In this document: piece after piece, positions 22,229 through 35,685 of the stretch | How positions within the stretch are numbered: the first letter of the stretch is position 1 | Layout: each line of letters starts with the position of its first letter | Assembly: GCF_001194135.2 (NCBI RefSeq) | Contig: NC_068997.1 | Location: 42,456,838-42,520,837 of the forward strand | Direction: 5' to 3' | Length of the DNA: 64,000 nucleotides | Source: Octopus bimaculoides | Taxonomy: Eukaryota | The notes under the pieces: generated by a model | What the model was told of the DNA's origin: nothing | The model's input: only the letters and a program-made list of their open reading frames with translations | Database searches by the model: none | Translations under genes and position numbers: made by a program

Positions 22229-23330
22229 ACCTATAAAAGGCTGAAGCTGTACAACAGCCAAAACATAGTGAAAGCAAGAATCAAGATGAGGACACCATCC
22301 CAGCTAATATAAACAATATACGTAATATAAATTCTTCATCTCAGAAATATAGAATTGTAGAATGTTTCAGTTCCTTTTTTATATTTTTCATGTCTGTTTT
22401 TCCACTTTTTATTCTGCATTAGTCAGCAAATTGGCAAAGTCGTTTTTGTATCAGATAGCTTGGCCATATTTGTTCTACCTCTCTGTGCAATGAGTTCAAA
22501 TCCTGCTGATGCAACCTTCTGCATATGGAAGAAATTATTGTTATAAATCAGTGAGCTGGCTGACAGAATTGTTAACATATCCAATTCTTTACATTCTGAG
22601 TTCAAATCCAACTAAGGTCAATTTTGCCTTTTAACCTTTCAGGCTAAAATTAGCTTGTTAAAATAAAGTCAAGTACCAGGGTTGGTGTAATCAACCTGAC
22701 CCCTCCCTCAAAATTGCTGGCTTTGTGCCAAAATTAGAAAGAATTGTTGTTGTTGTGTGATAGCAACATCTGGCAAATGAATGCCTTTATGGAGACCGAC
22801 TGAAAGTTAGCAAAAAGATCAGGCAAAGATGGTCACAGCTATCTGGTCACTACATGCACCACCCTGGACTGGAAGCATCCAAATTAGTCTTGTAGAACTC
22901 TGTTCATGGTGATGTAAGAAGAGGAAAAATTTGTCACACTTACATCAACAACTTGTTTGCAGAGACTGGCTTGGAATGTATCCAGGACCCCCAAAAAGTG
23001 TTGTGGGTCTGCTTTGTTGCTGTATCCTAGGTTGGAACCTAGCCATAAAAATAATAAAATTGTGGTGGACCCATAACAAAGTAGTGTGTTGGCAAACCAA
23101 ATTTGTTGGCTACTTTTAATTTTGTATTAAAAACAATTCTTTATTTGTGTCATTGAAACTCTTGGATGAAACATAAATTTTAAACCTTTGATGTTCATCA
23201 TCATCATTTTTACATTCACTTTTCTTGTTTGTATGAGTTGGATGGGTCTTGAAGCACCTCACTAACTGTTAGACTTTATTATCATCCATCACATAGAGTA
23301 TTAGAGAAAATAGCAATTTTTTTACATATA

Positions 23331-23710
23331 GGCGTAGGAGTGGCTGTGTGGTAAGTAGCTTGCTTATGAACCACATGGTTCCGGGTTCAGTCCCACTGCG
23401 TGGCATCTTGGGCAAGTGTCTTCTACTATAGCTTCGGGCCGACCAAAGCCTTGTGAGTGGATTTGGTCGACGGAAACTGAAAGAAGCCCGTCGTATATAT
23501 GTATGTTTGAGTGTCTGTGTTTGTCCCCCCAACATCGCTTGACAACCGATGCTGGTGTGTTTATGTCCCCGTAACTTAACGGTTCGGCAAAAAAAGAGAT
23601 TGATAGAATAAGTACTAGGCTTCCAAAGAATAAGTCCTGGGGTCGATTTGTTCGATTAAAGGTGGTGCTCCAGCATGGCTACAGTCAAATGACTGAAACA
23701 AGTAAAAGAG
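23331..23710 (+). mobile_element. Near full-length SINE family B
   Basis: GGCGTAGGAGTGGCTGTGTGGTAAG (A box), CCGGGTTCAGTCCC (B box), CTTGGGCAAGTGTCTT (CORE-like), 3' GACTGAAACAAGTAAAAGAG. Confidence 0.9.
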
Positions 23711-24705
23711 TATATTTTTATGTTAGGTTGTCCTAACATAAAAATATGTCATAAATCATTTTGCAATGTGAACAAGAGTCATTTTATCATGCCATGGATA
23801 TTAGAGAAGCTTTCTGTATCAGGACTAAACAGTGCCCCTTCTACTATGTATCAATTTTTATTCAAAGTTACAACCCATCAACGTAGATTTCTTCATGGTC
23901 CACATCTCTTTAATTTATTCCTTCCTTTGTTCTTCTAAAACAATCTCAGAAATCCTTCCGGACGGTTAGACATAAGATGTCTTGTGTTCTGGTTTAGCAT
24001 TTCATTGGTGTTTGTTTTGGCAATGTTTAAACTAACTTATTGGCATACTCAAAAATGTGGACATATTTTACAGAAAGTAGGGTAAAAGACATTTGGTTGT
24101 TTTATAGAACAGATTAGGTGATTATGTAGAAGGTTCTTTAGTGTAAGTTCAGTTGATTGTAATGAAATAGACAAATTGCCAGCACTTCAAAACATTTCGT
24201 GTACATACATATATACATATAAACACTACATACATAGAGAAATATGACAGACAAAATGTAAACATGAAATATTATTGTAATATAAGCAATAATAGTTCTT
24301 TGTTCTGTTCTATATGCTTTGTTTGATTTTCTACTGAGTTACATAACCCATAAGAGGACTGCTGAAGATTGTCTTTGCCTCTAGACTAGAAGTGGGGAAC
24401 CTGTAGCCTTCTGAAAGAAGTACAATATCTAAAGGAAAATCATTAAATTGGAATATATTTTTCTTCATTTCATTTTATCTAAAGCCTATTTTTTTTTAAC
24501 TGTCTGCAAATTTTAGAGCTGGTTGCTGACAGATTTTTCCGCTCTTTAAGGATTTTATGCTATATATGCTGTTCTATCAGTACTTATGCGTTGAAAAATA
24601 AATTTTTTAAAGTTACAATGGAGATGCTTATTCCAAAACTCTTCTTTAGATTTTTTGGTAGTTTTTAGGAAAAAATATATATTCTAGAAAAAATAGGTTA
24701 AGCAG

Positions 24706-24990
24706 TCATCATCATCATCATCGTTTAATGTCTGCTTTCCATGCTAGCATGGGTTGGACGATTTGACTGAGGACTGGTGAAACCAGATGGCTACACCAGG
24801 CTCCAATCTGATTTGGCAGAGTTTCTACAGCTGGATGCCCTTCCTAACGCCAACCACTCCAAGAGTGTAGTGGGTGCTTTTACGTGCCACCGGCACGAAG
24901 GCCAGTCAGGCGGTACTGGCAACGGCCACACACAAAATGGTGTCTTTTACGTGCCACCCGCACAAGAGCCAGTCCAGCGGCACTGGCAAA
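24706..24990 (-). mobile_element. RTE-tail family D (minus strand)
   Basis: (CAT)n followed by the reverse complement of the family D core. Confidence 0.85.
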
Positions 24991-25683
24991 CCTTGTTAGA
25001 TGGTACTTAATATGTCTTTCAATACAGAAATATTCTTTACCTCTGGTTTAAACTGTCTATGTATTAAGATCAAGCCAACATTTTTGTATTGCTTAACTAG
25101 GGTTAGATGCAGTGAGGGAAATGGAGAGATATGCAGGGACATGATGCTCCCCTGCTAATCAACAGTAGGATGGGAGTGGCATAGTCCCCACTTTTCAATC
25201 TCATCCACCCAGACTTTAACATATCCCTAGTTACTAATAGGGGTTTTCATTAGGTTAAGTATAAGACTGTCAACCTTCACACTACCTCCTAAACTGATGA
25301 GTTTGATGCACTTTATATGTTCAACATGAATATTTCAGCACCTGCCAATCCTCCAACAGAAGGTGTTGAACTCAGCTTTGAAAACTAATAAAACACTTGT
25401 CAGTTTTACAGTGTTTCATTTGATCCTACCTTGTTGAAACTATTTACATCTAGATTAAGTTATGCATTTGATCCTATTTAGTAAGTGTTTGCATCAAGAT
25501 TAATGGGGTAGTTGATCCTCCTTTGCTGTAACTATTTAAATCCAGGTTAACTGGGTATTTTTGTGATAGGCATAAGGTAGTGCTGGTGATAAGAAATAAA
25601 CTGTTAAGCTCCTTTTTAATTGGTGCCACTAACAATTTGACCACTTGTGTTTTGTTAGTGTATAAAATATTTTTACCACAACT

Positions 25684-26056
25684 GTATTGTTGTTGTTGTT
25701 GGCACTCCATCACTTACGACATCGAGGGTTTCAGTTAATCCGATCAATGGAACAGCCTACTCATGAAATTAACATGCAAGTGGCTGAGCACTCCACAGAC
25801 ACGTGTACCCTTAACATAGTTCTCGGGGATATTCAGCGTGACACAGTGTGACAAGGCTGACCCTTTGAATTACAGGCACAACAGAAACAGGAAGTAAGAG
25901 TGAGAGAAAGTTGTGGTGAAAGAGTACAGCAAGGTTTGCCACCATCCCCTGCGGAGCCTCGTGGAGCTTTTAGGTTTTTTCCCGGTCTGGGAATCGAAAC
26001 CGTGATCCTATGACCGCGAGTCCGCTGCCATAACCACTGGGCCATTGTGCCTCCAC
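25684..26056 (-). mobile_element. tRNA-derived SINE, family C, with TSD
   Basis: Head GGAGGCACAATGGCCCAGTGGTTA..GGTTTCGATTCCC, (CAA)n tail; 11-bp TSD TTACCACAACT (25673-25683, 26057-26067). Confidence 0.9.
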
Positions 26057-26687
26057 TTACCACAACTACCAGCATCAAAACAAAAAGAAAAAATATTTCA
26101 CTTCACATCATTTTAAGCTACATGCAAACCACCCTCAGAATGAAAGATTGCATGGATAGGTAAAAGTACAGCCACAATAGGATCTAGGCCTCACCTTAGA
26201 ACACTACTACAACAATAAAGAAGCCTCCATGTGCTCTTTTGATCTGTTAGAACAAGCAACCAAATTTCCTCCGCACATAGTCATGTGCACTTTGGATAAA
26301 GTAATCTGAAGTACACTTGCTGAAAAAAAGGGAAAAAAATCAAAAGCCCTTGCAATGGACAATGCTCATGGCATGAGTGTAGTTGATCATAGGGTCTACC
26401 TGATTAGAGCTGACACAGGACTAAATAAAAATAAGAACCATTTTTTAAATTCCTCATTTAATAGCTATTTTTTTCTTCAGTCGAATGCTTTTTCTGTTTC
26501 CAACCTTCACCTGTTTCCAAGCAAGGTAATATTTCCCTTTGGCTAGACATGTTTTATGTCATTTGTGTGACACCAGGGTGCGTTTATGTGCCAATTTGCG
26601 TGAAACTAGTATCTTCCATGATTGTGATTTTGCTCAACTTGATGGGTCTTCTTAAGCACGAGACAATGCCAAAGGTCTTGGTTATTT

Positions 26688-26790
26688 CCTCTGTGAGGCC
26701 CAACACTCCAAAGGAACTCAGCCACTTTGCCTCTGTTAGGCCCAATGCTCAAGAGGAACTCAGCCATTTTGCCTCTGTGAGGCCCAATGC
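26688..26790 (+). repeat. 42-bp tandem repeat (~2.5 copies)
   Basis: GAGGCCCAA..CT..A.AGGAACTCAGCCA.TTTGCCTCTGT unit repeated. Confidence 0.8.
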
Positions 26791-27075
26791 TTGAAAGGAA
26801 TGAGGCCCAACGTTCAAAAGATGTTCTTTATGTGCCACCACCAGCACAGGTGCACTTGGCTTGACAGGTCATCCCAAGCACAGTACATCGCCAATGTTCT
26901 TATCACCATATCACCAAAGGTCTCACTCAAGTAATATTATATTCCAATTCATGAAGACAGTGCACTGGCAGAATTGCTAGTATGTCGGGTAAAATGCTTA
27001 GTGGAATTTCATCCATCTTTATGTTCTAAGTTCAAATTTCACTGAGATCAACTTTGCCTTTCATCCTTTTGGAGT

Positions 27076-27412
27076 CTCTTTTACTTGTTTCAGTCATTTG
27101 ACTGCGGCCATGCTGAAGCACCGCCTTTAGTTGAGCAAATCGACCCCAGGACTTATTCTTTGGAAGCCTAGTACTTATTCTATCGGTGTCTTTTGCCGAA
27201 CTGTTAAGTTACGGGGACGTAAACACACCAGCATCGGTTGTCAAGCGATGTTGGGGGGACAAACAGACACAGAAACACACACATATATATACATATATAC
27301 AACGGGCTTCTTTCAGTTTCCATCTACCAAATCCACTCGCAAGGCTTTGGTCGGCCCAAGGCTATAGTAGAAGACACTTGCCCAAGTTACTTACCACACA
27401 GCCACTCCTACA
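27076..27412 (-). mobile_element. SINE family B nested inside a family A copy (26955-27510)
   Basis: The family A sequence stops at CATCCTTTTGGAGT and resumes at ~27430 (AAGTACCAGTTGAACACTGG). Confidence 0.8.
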
Positions 27413-28035
27413 TTTATGAAGTCAGTGATGTAAAGTACCAGTTGAACACTGGAGTCGATGTAATTGGTTTACTCCTCCCCCAAAATTGCTGGTACCAAAA
27501 TCTGAAACCAATATATATTCCACTTCAAGTGAAATTAGCAAGCTATATATCACAAGTAGGGGAATAACTAATTAGAGAATATTCTTGGTACAGGTAATAT
27601 AATGAGAACAGGTTATCTCTGTGAAATTTCAACCTGATGAGAGTTAGCTGTGTCTGGCTGATCTCATAGCACTACTGCCCAGCCTTTGTGAATTTTGGCC
27701 GTTTACGTAGCACTATATAAATATCATTATTCATGTATAGTAAAAGATTTGTGTTGCACAATATTCAGTGTCCAAAACTCGCAGAGTCAAGTCCCGGCTT
27801 ACATTTTGGCGGTCGATTCAACTGACAACCGCATTTGTGGTTTCTGTAGCAATGCAAAAAGCTATTGTTCATTTACAACAGTTGAATTTGACTTCCTATA
27901 AAGCGATGCTATTGTTGACTGACGTGAGTTCAGCATAGCGTTATAAAGGGTGACCGTTAATAAAAAGTCAGTGTTAAGGTACGGTGACAGACAACTAGAA
28001 CCACTTGAAATCTGGAGTGTGAGTGCGTTTTGTCA

Positions 28036-28350
28036 TCTATATATATAAAAATGAGAATGTCTGTCTGTCTGTCTGTCTGTTTGTGTGAATCCCTAAAACT
28101 CGAGAACTACGCAACCAATTTCATTCAAATTTTACAGATGCTTTACTTAGGGTTCCAGTTGTGTTTTAGTCAAAAGAAATTTTAACTTCTTGCAGAGTTC
28201 GAGCCCACGGCAACATAATATCTCCTCCACTATTTAAGTATTACGTGTCAAAAGTGAAACAAAAACACTCATGTCAAATACTTTCACTTTAAAAATGAAA
28301 CTATTCTACTAACTGAAACGATCACATTTCGATACTGTAATGACAGATAC
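28036..28350 (+). mobile_element. Helitron-like non-autonomous element, 5' part
   Basis: A|TC start, TCTATATATATAAAAATG, (CTGT)n, then CCCTAAAACTCGAGAACTACGCAACCAATTTC: typical 5' layout of non-autonomous Helitrons. The 3' end is not seen (N-gap). Confidence 0.55.
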
Positions 28351-28464
28351 TTTCAGAGAGAGAGAAAGAGATGTATATGTATACATCTACACGTATATGC
28401 ATAGATATATATATATAGATATAGATCTATATGCATACATGTATATGTATACACATGTGTAGAT

Positions 28465-28780
28465 NNNNNNNNNNNNNNNNNNNNNNNNNNNNNNNNNNNN
28501 NNNNNNNNNNNNNNNNNNNNNNNNNNNNNNNNNNNNNNNNNNNNNNNNNNNNNNNNNNNNNNNNNNNNNNNNNNNNNNNNNNNNNNNNNNNNNNNNNNNN
28601 NNNNNNNNNNNNNNNNNNNNNNNNNNNNNNNNNNNNNNNNNNNNNNNNNNNNNNNNNNNNNNNNNNNNNNNNNNNNNNNNNNNNNNNNNNNNNNNNNNNN
28701 NNNNNNNNNNNNNNNNNNNNNNNNNNNNNNNNNNNNNNNNNNNNNNNNNNNNNNNNNNNNNNNNNNNNNNNNNNNNNNNN
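28465..28780. other. Assembly gap (one of ten: 9682-9756, 28465-28780, 40053-40149, 41644-41691, 42721-42933, 44288-44387, 46283-46571, 50372-50626, 51410-51419, 51878-52270)
   Basis: Runs of N. Confidence 1.
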
Positions 28781-30846
28781 AACTCCCATGAAAATTCATA
28801 TATTTTTGATGTTGATGAAATTTTAACCCGAACATAACAGATGAGCATTATTTGTAATTCAACGGTACAACAGTGTAAGACTACCCTTTCAGATATACTT
28901 ACATTGTGATTTCTGCAATGTGGTGCATAAATTGTCAAGTAAATGAGACGCATCTTTGCCTCCACTGATTCACTTGCAAAGTGTTGAGTAAAATTATTTC
29001 GTTGCAGACCTCCTTTGGGTCTTTTTATTATCACTACGACACACATAGTCCCCAGTTGGTAACATTGATTTCAAGGCCCTCCTAGATGAGAGACTGGCAT
29101 TCCACTTAATGTCTATGTTCCATGCTGGCAATTTTATTAGAGATTTTATTAGAGACAATATGGTGACCATTGAAGTAAGGTGCATAACTCTGCTGGCTGC
29201 ATTTTGCCTAACTGTCAGTTTTCACTCCTATTTCATAATCAAATATTTAGAATCTAGACAGGTATTCAGTAACGCCCCTCACCCTCCAAAAAAAAAAAAA
29301 AACATAATTGGGATGACAGGGAATTCCTCCACTTACGCAAATTATTATCTAGCTGAGTCAAAATTTTGTTCAAAGATATTAAGATCAATATCCTTCAATT
29401 TCCTCAACAAAATTCAAACCACAAACTTGTTTATACAATTCAGTTGTTAAAACTACTTTCAATCCCATTGAAGTCAGTTAAAATTATTTATGAATCTAAA
29501 CCTATTCAAGCTTTGCGTGGATAAATTTCTCTATAAAAGTCTAGCCTTAACCACTTGTAACTTGTTCAAATTTAAATGTTTAAAAGCACTGAACGTTTAA
29601 ATTTAACGAAGTTCTCGAGTTTGGATGAGTTCGTGTATGTTAGAGAGAAATAGAAAGAAGGTAAGGTTTTGGAACTTATTCTCTTGGAGAAAAAAATGAT
29701 TTTTCGATACATTGAAAAGTTACTTTCTCTTTAAGGTGAAAGAGCCAGTTCCTCTCCCCAATCCAAGATCGATATATTAGACTTGGGTGGATTGTAGAAA
29801 AAGTTCCCAGAGCCTTGGGAGAATGCTCACATCCAATTAACATACATTATAACAGATTAGGAGAAATTTGCTACCATCTCTGCTTCTGCTCCCAACTGAA
29901 AAATTTCTTGTGCCTCAGACCTCACATGAAACACTATACTTATCCGAATTCACAAGCTTCACTATTTATTTTATTATATTGTTTTTCCAAATCTGTTAAT
30001 TATTAATATTCGGTAGCCAGGTTAGATTACAAACTTGGATGTGGTTCGTGCAGCATCCAATAGAAAGTTAGAAGTTATATGAGGCTAAGGTAAACTTCCG
30101 TCAAACTCAAACATCAACCCAGTTTCAATTCCCGTTTGAGGCCATTTACTTTGATTTATGTTCCTAAAGTTCTACAGAGATGGGGTGGGGTATTAACTTC
30201 AGAGTTTATTTTTTTTTACCCGATAAAAATCTAGAGCTCTGTGCCTTGTGAAGGATATTTATGTATCTTAATATTAACATTTCATAACGTTTTCATTACC
30301 CCCATCAATCCCGACCCCTATTTAGCTGTTTCATACACTCACACAGACGCGTACGCACGAACACACAAACAAGCGCGCGCATATACACAACACACATACA
30401 CACAGCACGCGTGCATGCTGGCACACACACGCACGTGTGCGCACACATACACATATACAAAACAAAGAACGAAAGAATAAGTTGAAATTAAAAAAAAAAA
30501 AAATTATATATATATATATATATAAAAGTTCATAGGAAGCTGTTGTAGCAGCCCCTTTCCTCTTCATGACTCCGTCTCCCGTCAGCAGGTTTTGGTTCAA
30601 AAGACATGTGTATGAGCTATAATTGTGTACGTATGTGCACGCGTGTCTGTGAGGAGGTCATTGTTTTTTCCCCTTACTTCCTGCAGTCAGCTGGAATACA
30701 TCTGAGCTAGAACGACAAATTTAACAATGGCCACGAAAAAAAAAAGGGCCAAGTGAGGTTAAAAAACTGATAACCAAATTTAATCGCTTAGGATTCGAAG
30801 AGCCTGATGAAAATTTACAATGTCAAGCGTCAGCATACTATGTATG

Positions 30847-30913
<67 letters not shown>

Positions 30914-31613
30914 TGAGAGAGAGAGAGAGAGATGATAGAAACACGTGTGCGCGCGCACACGCACACATCCGTTTCGTATTAACTGTTCGAAGTAAGAGTA
31001 CTGAATACCATGCTAGAGATTAATAATTATTTTATTTGGGTCTAGTTACTCTCTTGCTACTCTGAGTTTCACCTGTGAGTGCACTGGATCTTTAGGCGAG
31101 TTGTATTTGAACAATATCAGACTAGAATAATTGTTGAAATATCAATACATATGCAAATTTAATAATATCCATGCAGAAAAAATGTAATTGTGATCAGCTC
31201 TTCTAGAGAAAGTTGAACAATCGCCTGGTGGCAGCTGAGACCACCCATGATTAGAAGGGGAGATAATCTCAAAAATTAAGATTTCTTCAAAACTGATATG
31301 CTATGAAGGAAAAGATGATCTAATCATTTAGAGACAAGGAGACTTGTCTCCCTTCCTAGTTAGGAAGTTGATTCCATTTGCCTGTCAGCAATTGTTCTCT
31401 CTTCTCTGGAAGTAGAGATGATCTCAAGAAATCAAGAATTTATCTTGTACAATATTTAATATATTCTTATTTGACTTTATACATATATGGGTCGAAACAA
31501 TTGTAGTGATTAATAAACATTCTTGTATCTTCTGTTTTCTGTCTCTCTCAATCAAATACCCAATGAACACTGTGAAAGTGAACGTGCTTTACCAGTAAGC
31601 TACCAGGTGTATA

Positions 31614-32002
31614 TGTGGAGGCGCAATGGCCCAGTGGTTAGGGCAGCGGACTCGCGATAATGGGATTGTGGTTTCGATTCCCAGACGGGGCGTTGTGAGT
31701 GTTTATTGAGCGAAAACATCTAAAGCTCCATGAGGCTCAGGCAGGGGGTGGTGGTGAACCCTGCTGTACTCATTCACCACAACTTTATCTCTCACTCTTT
31801 CTTCCTGTTTCTGTTGTACCTGTATTTTCAAAGGGGCTAGCCTTGTCGCTCTCTGTGTCATGCTGAATCTCCCCGAGAACTATGTTAAGAGTATATGTGT
31901 CTGTGGAGTGCTCAGCCACTTGCACGTTAATATCACGAGCAGGCTGTTCTGTTGATCGGATCAACTGGAACCCTCATCGTTGTAAATGACGGAGTGCCAC
32001 GA
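31614..32002 (+). mobile_element. SINE family C with TSD
   Basis: Full unit; 12-bp TSD ACCAGGTGTATA/ACCGGGTGTATA. Confidence 0.9.
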
Positions 32003-32964
32003 ACCGGGTGTATACCATACAATTAATCATCTAATAACAATAATAATAATAATAACCTGGGGTACCAATGCCCAATGTTTTTCGTCCAATGGGTAAATCC
32101 TGGGTTTGTTTCTTTGGGATTGTGAACCCACGATTTACCCATCAGATGAAACACATTGGGATTGTTTTACCTTGAACACTCCTATGTTGCTCCTTACCAT
32201 TTGATGCAGTTAGCCATAACTTGGATTATAATAGAATGCTTGAATGGTATATACATATATATATAATATATGAATGGTATATACATATATATATATGAAT
32301 GGTATATACATATATATATAATATATGCGTTAGGAAGGGCATCCAGCTGTAGAAACTCTGCCAAATTTAGATTGGAGCCTGGTGTTGCCATCCGGTTTCA
32401 CCAGTCCTCAGTCAAGTCGTCCAACCCATGCTAGCATGGAAAGCGGACGTTAAACGATGATGATGATGATGATGATGATATACATATATATCTGTGTGTG
32501 TCTTTGTGCCTCTGTTTGTCTCCTACTACCACATGACAACCAGTGTTGGTGTGTAACTTAGCAGTTTGGCAAAAGAGACCGATTGAATAAGTACCAGGCT
32601 TGGGGTTGATTTCTTCGACTGAAAATTTTTCAAAGCAATATCCCAGCATGGCCATGGTCTAATAACTGAAACAAGTGAAAGATAAAAGATAATTTAGCCA
32701 GCAATTTTGAAGATCCGGAAAAAAGAAAGAAAAAGATTAATCCAGGCTGAAGTAGCCTAAAGTTTTATGTTTAATTTTGAGTAATACCTTTGCTGGCTGA
32801 ATAGGTTCAGCATGGTAGTATAGTGTAAACTGTAGTAAGCACGATATGCAACACAGTATGACTTGTGTATTGTCCTGCAATTTCTATTGATATTTCAGTT
32901 ATTAGGCGTTTCTCAGTCTTGTATTTTATATCAGACTTCAATGAAGAGTAATAATCTAAAAGCA

Positions 32965-33240
32965 TAGTATGTGACCTTACTGTGAATCCCAAACTGGAAT
33001 TTATAAAGAAGCATGAAGCTGGTGCTTCAGCGGAGAAAGTTTGTGAAAATTATGACACAAATAATTTAAGATATATGTGCGGGTAAGGATAAACTCGCTG
33101 CATTTTCTTTAAAATATGATATGGCAAAGTTTGCATCATCATCTATTGAAGCAAAAAAGTGTAAGAAAATTGTCATTTATACAAATCTTGATGAGGCAGT
33201 GATGACATAGTTTATTCTTTTACATGTTACTGGAACTTAC
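32965..33240 (+). mobile_element. Degenerate pogo/Tigger (CENP-B-type HTH) transposase N-terminus
   Basis: PKLEFIKKHEAGASAEKVCENY ... DICAGKDKLAAF ... KKCKKIVIYTNLDEAVMT*F across frameshifts; matches the KLEIIK..E.G.S / KDKL..F / LDEAV..WF pattern. Confidence 0.6.
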
Positions 33241-34278
33241 TGGTGATGCCATATATTTCATGTGGTTGCACTGCATACTGTTTAATTACAAGGAAATGTA
33301 ATTTTTTTCTGCAGTTTTACAATATTTCACAATTAAACTTTAGTATGTAGCACTCTTATTTAAATATCTTCGAAACCATGTCAAAGATACAGAATAAAAT
33401 ATTTTTTCAAATTATGAAGATGTACCACTGGTGGTGCATATGGCAGTTATATGAAGTTTGAGATGAACTATCAATGGTATATGTGATTTGTTAACATTTT
33501 AAATATCCTGAGGTAACAACAACTGTGATGTAAAAATTCAAATTTCTATTACCAAGCTAATTAGGAGCATGGGTATCAAAAATTTTGAAATTAGTGATGA
33601 GTAGGTATGGTGATTCAGAAATTTCACTGAAATGAGTAATAAAGTTACCCATGATGAAGCACTATCTTCACTAATTTTGAACCATTCAGAAAAATGTTAA
33701 ATGACTGACTTAAGTGTGAAGGGCTCCTTATTGCTGAGATGTATGAGGAAAATGAATCTGGGTTGGTATAGTCCTGGTATACTCAACCTTTTAAGGTTGA
33801 AAACTTCGTACCTTGTGAACTAAGCAAGGAGCATTTTTGTGGCATTGAGTTGTTTAGAGTGCAGATGGTGTATTCCCTTCAAAGTTCATGGCACATATAT
33901 GAATTTTGGAAGATATTAAACACAAGCTACAGGTGCATTACTATCATTCCAAGAAGTTATGGAATGACATGGATATCTCTCTTTTTTCACATTTCATTCC
34001 TTCTGTGTATAAATGTCTGTAAGAAGTTTTCAAGTTAATTTCTCATAAAGCATCTGTTTATCCAGGTGGTCACTAATATGTCAGAAGTAGAAGTAGTATA
34101 TTAGAGGCATATGTTGCAATGGCATCCACCATTTGTTGGTGATTCCATACTCATTTGTACCACTAAGACAACCCTCCAACCCATGGGTCTGTTTGGATCT
34201 GTTGCTGGTCGGGGTTTCACAAGGTTGGAGTGCTAATCCTACCTCAACATCTTTTAGTCACTGTTTACAACACACTTA

Positions 34279-34644
34279 GTGGAGGCCCAGTGGTTAGGGC
34301 AGCGGACTAGTGGTCGTAGGATCGCGGTTTTGATTCCCAGACCGGGCGTTGTGAGTGTTTATTGAGCGAAAACACCTAAAGCTCCACAAGGCTCCGGCAG
34401 GGGATGGTGGCGAACCCTGCTGTACTCTTTCACCACAACTTTCTCTCACTCTTTCTTCCTGTTTCTGTTGTACCTGTATTTCAAAGGGTCAGCCTTGTCA
34501 CACTCTGTGTCACGCTGAATCTTCCCCCGAGAACTATGTTAAGGGTACACATGTTTGTGGGGTGCTCAGCCACTTGCACGTTAATTTCACGAGCAGGCTG
34601 TTCCGTTGATCGGATAAACTGAAACCCTCGTCGTCGTAACCGAG
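34279..34644 (+). mobile_element. SINE family C with TSD
   Basis: 12-bp TSD ACAACACACTTA (34267-34278, 34645-34656). Confidence 0.9.
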
Positions 34645-34752
34645 ACAACACACTTAAGAAGGAGGAGGAAGTAATACATAAAGGTAGACTGGAAAATAAC
34701 AGTATAATAAAATGGTAGATAGATGAGAAAGAGATGAGGCGAAGTGTGAAGG

Positions 34753-34784
<32 letters not shown>

Positions 34785-35169
34785 TATGTGCACAGTGACA
34801 GAGATGGTGATAAGAGGAACAGATTGTGGATATGGTGGGTTATAATAAAGAGAGGAGGGTGTTGATGACAAACATGAAGGGGTGTTCAGGAGAAATGGGC
34901 ATTCAGTGTACATTTAGTGGCAAGGGATGGTACTGGGAGTGTAAGATGCATGGCGAAGTAAGTGGTTTCTTAGAGAGATTACTGGTAGTACAGGTGTAGG
35001 TCTGTGTGGAATAGGTGAAGCTCTGCTCACATACTGCTACAGTAGCTGAGGAAATAGTGCTGTAGCGAATGGGGTGAAGGAGAGATTGGTGTTAAGAAGA
35101 TGAGTTGCTAGAAAGTTTTGACACGTACAAATTGGGTAGAGAGAGACAAACACATTAATGATATACTTT

Positions 35170-35685
35170 AGAACTGCATTTTGGCTGAGATGGATAGGTC
35201 TTCTCAATGTCATATCCTCCATGAGGCTGAATGAGTCATCAGAACTTCATCCAACATCTTCTGGGGTCTCCCTCGTCCATGCATTTCATCCAAATTAAAC
35301 AAGCAGCACTTCTTTTATACAGCTGTCCTCATCTATATGCTCTGTATGACCATACCAGCACAGCCTTCTCTCATACAATTCATGTGATGCCGCTTAGGCC
35401 CAGTTTTTTTCTTTGAACACATTTCCAATTTGTCATACATGCACACTGACATTGCACATCTAGTGGAGCATGTGAGCTTCATCTTTTTCTAATCTTTGCA
35501 TGTCTTCAGCATTCATGGCCCACATTTCACTATTATGTAGTAACACTACACAAGTATCATGCAATCTGCCTTTCACTCTCAGAGATAAGCCTTTTGTTAC
35601 CAAAAGAGTTAATAGGTCCCTGAACTTTCTCCAGCAACAACACTTTCAGAACATCCTGCTAATTAGGTAACAAAAACGGTCTACC
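35170..35685 (-). mobile_element. Degenerate RTE LINE, post-RT 3' region
   Basis: WRKFRDLLTLLVTKGLSLRVKGRLHDTCV...SEMWAMNAEDMQRLEKDEAHML...GRGRPQK, with stops and frameshifts. Confidence 0.8.

Noticed and set aside
27695-27935. CpG-containing block with splice-like signals on both strands
   Set aside because: Candidate exons are closed in most frames or have weak acceptors; no product is recognisable.
28781-29200. Minus-strand open frame (MCVVVIIKRPKGG...) with a GTAAGT donor near 28900
   Set aside because: No recognisable homology, no convincing acceptor, and the ORF length is inflated by the N-gap.
30660-30760. Possible micro-exon (CTGCAG acceptor, ATG GCC ACG AAA..., GTGAGG donor)
   Set aside because: An equally good minus-strand donor overlaps it, and there is no partner exon or homology; chance signals cannot be excluded.
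31614-31700. tRNA-like sequences at SINE heads
   Set aside because: They carry A/B boxes but no complete cloverleaf and continue into SINE bodies; not tRNA genes.
33360-33485. 125-bp segment repeated at about 59828-59950
   Set aside because: An ordinary dispersed repeat fragment with no distinguishing termini or coding signal.
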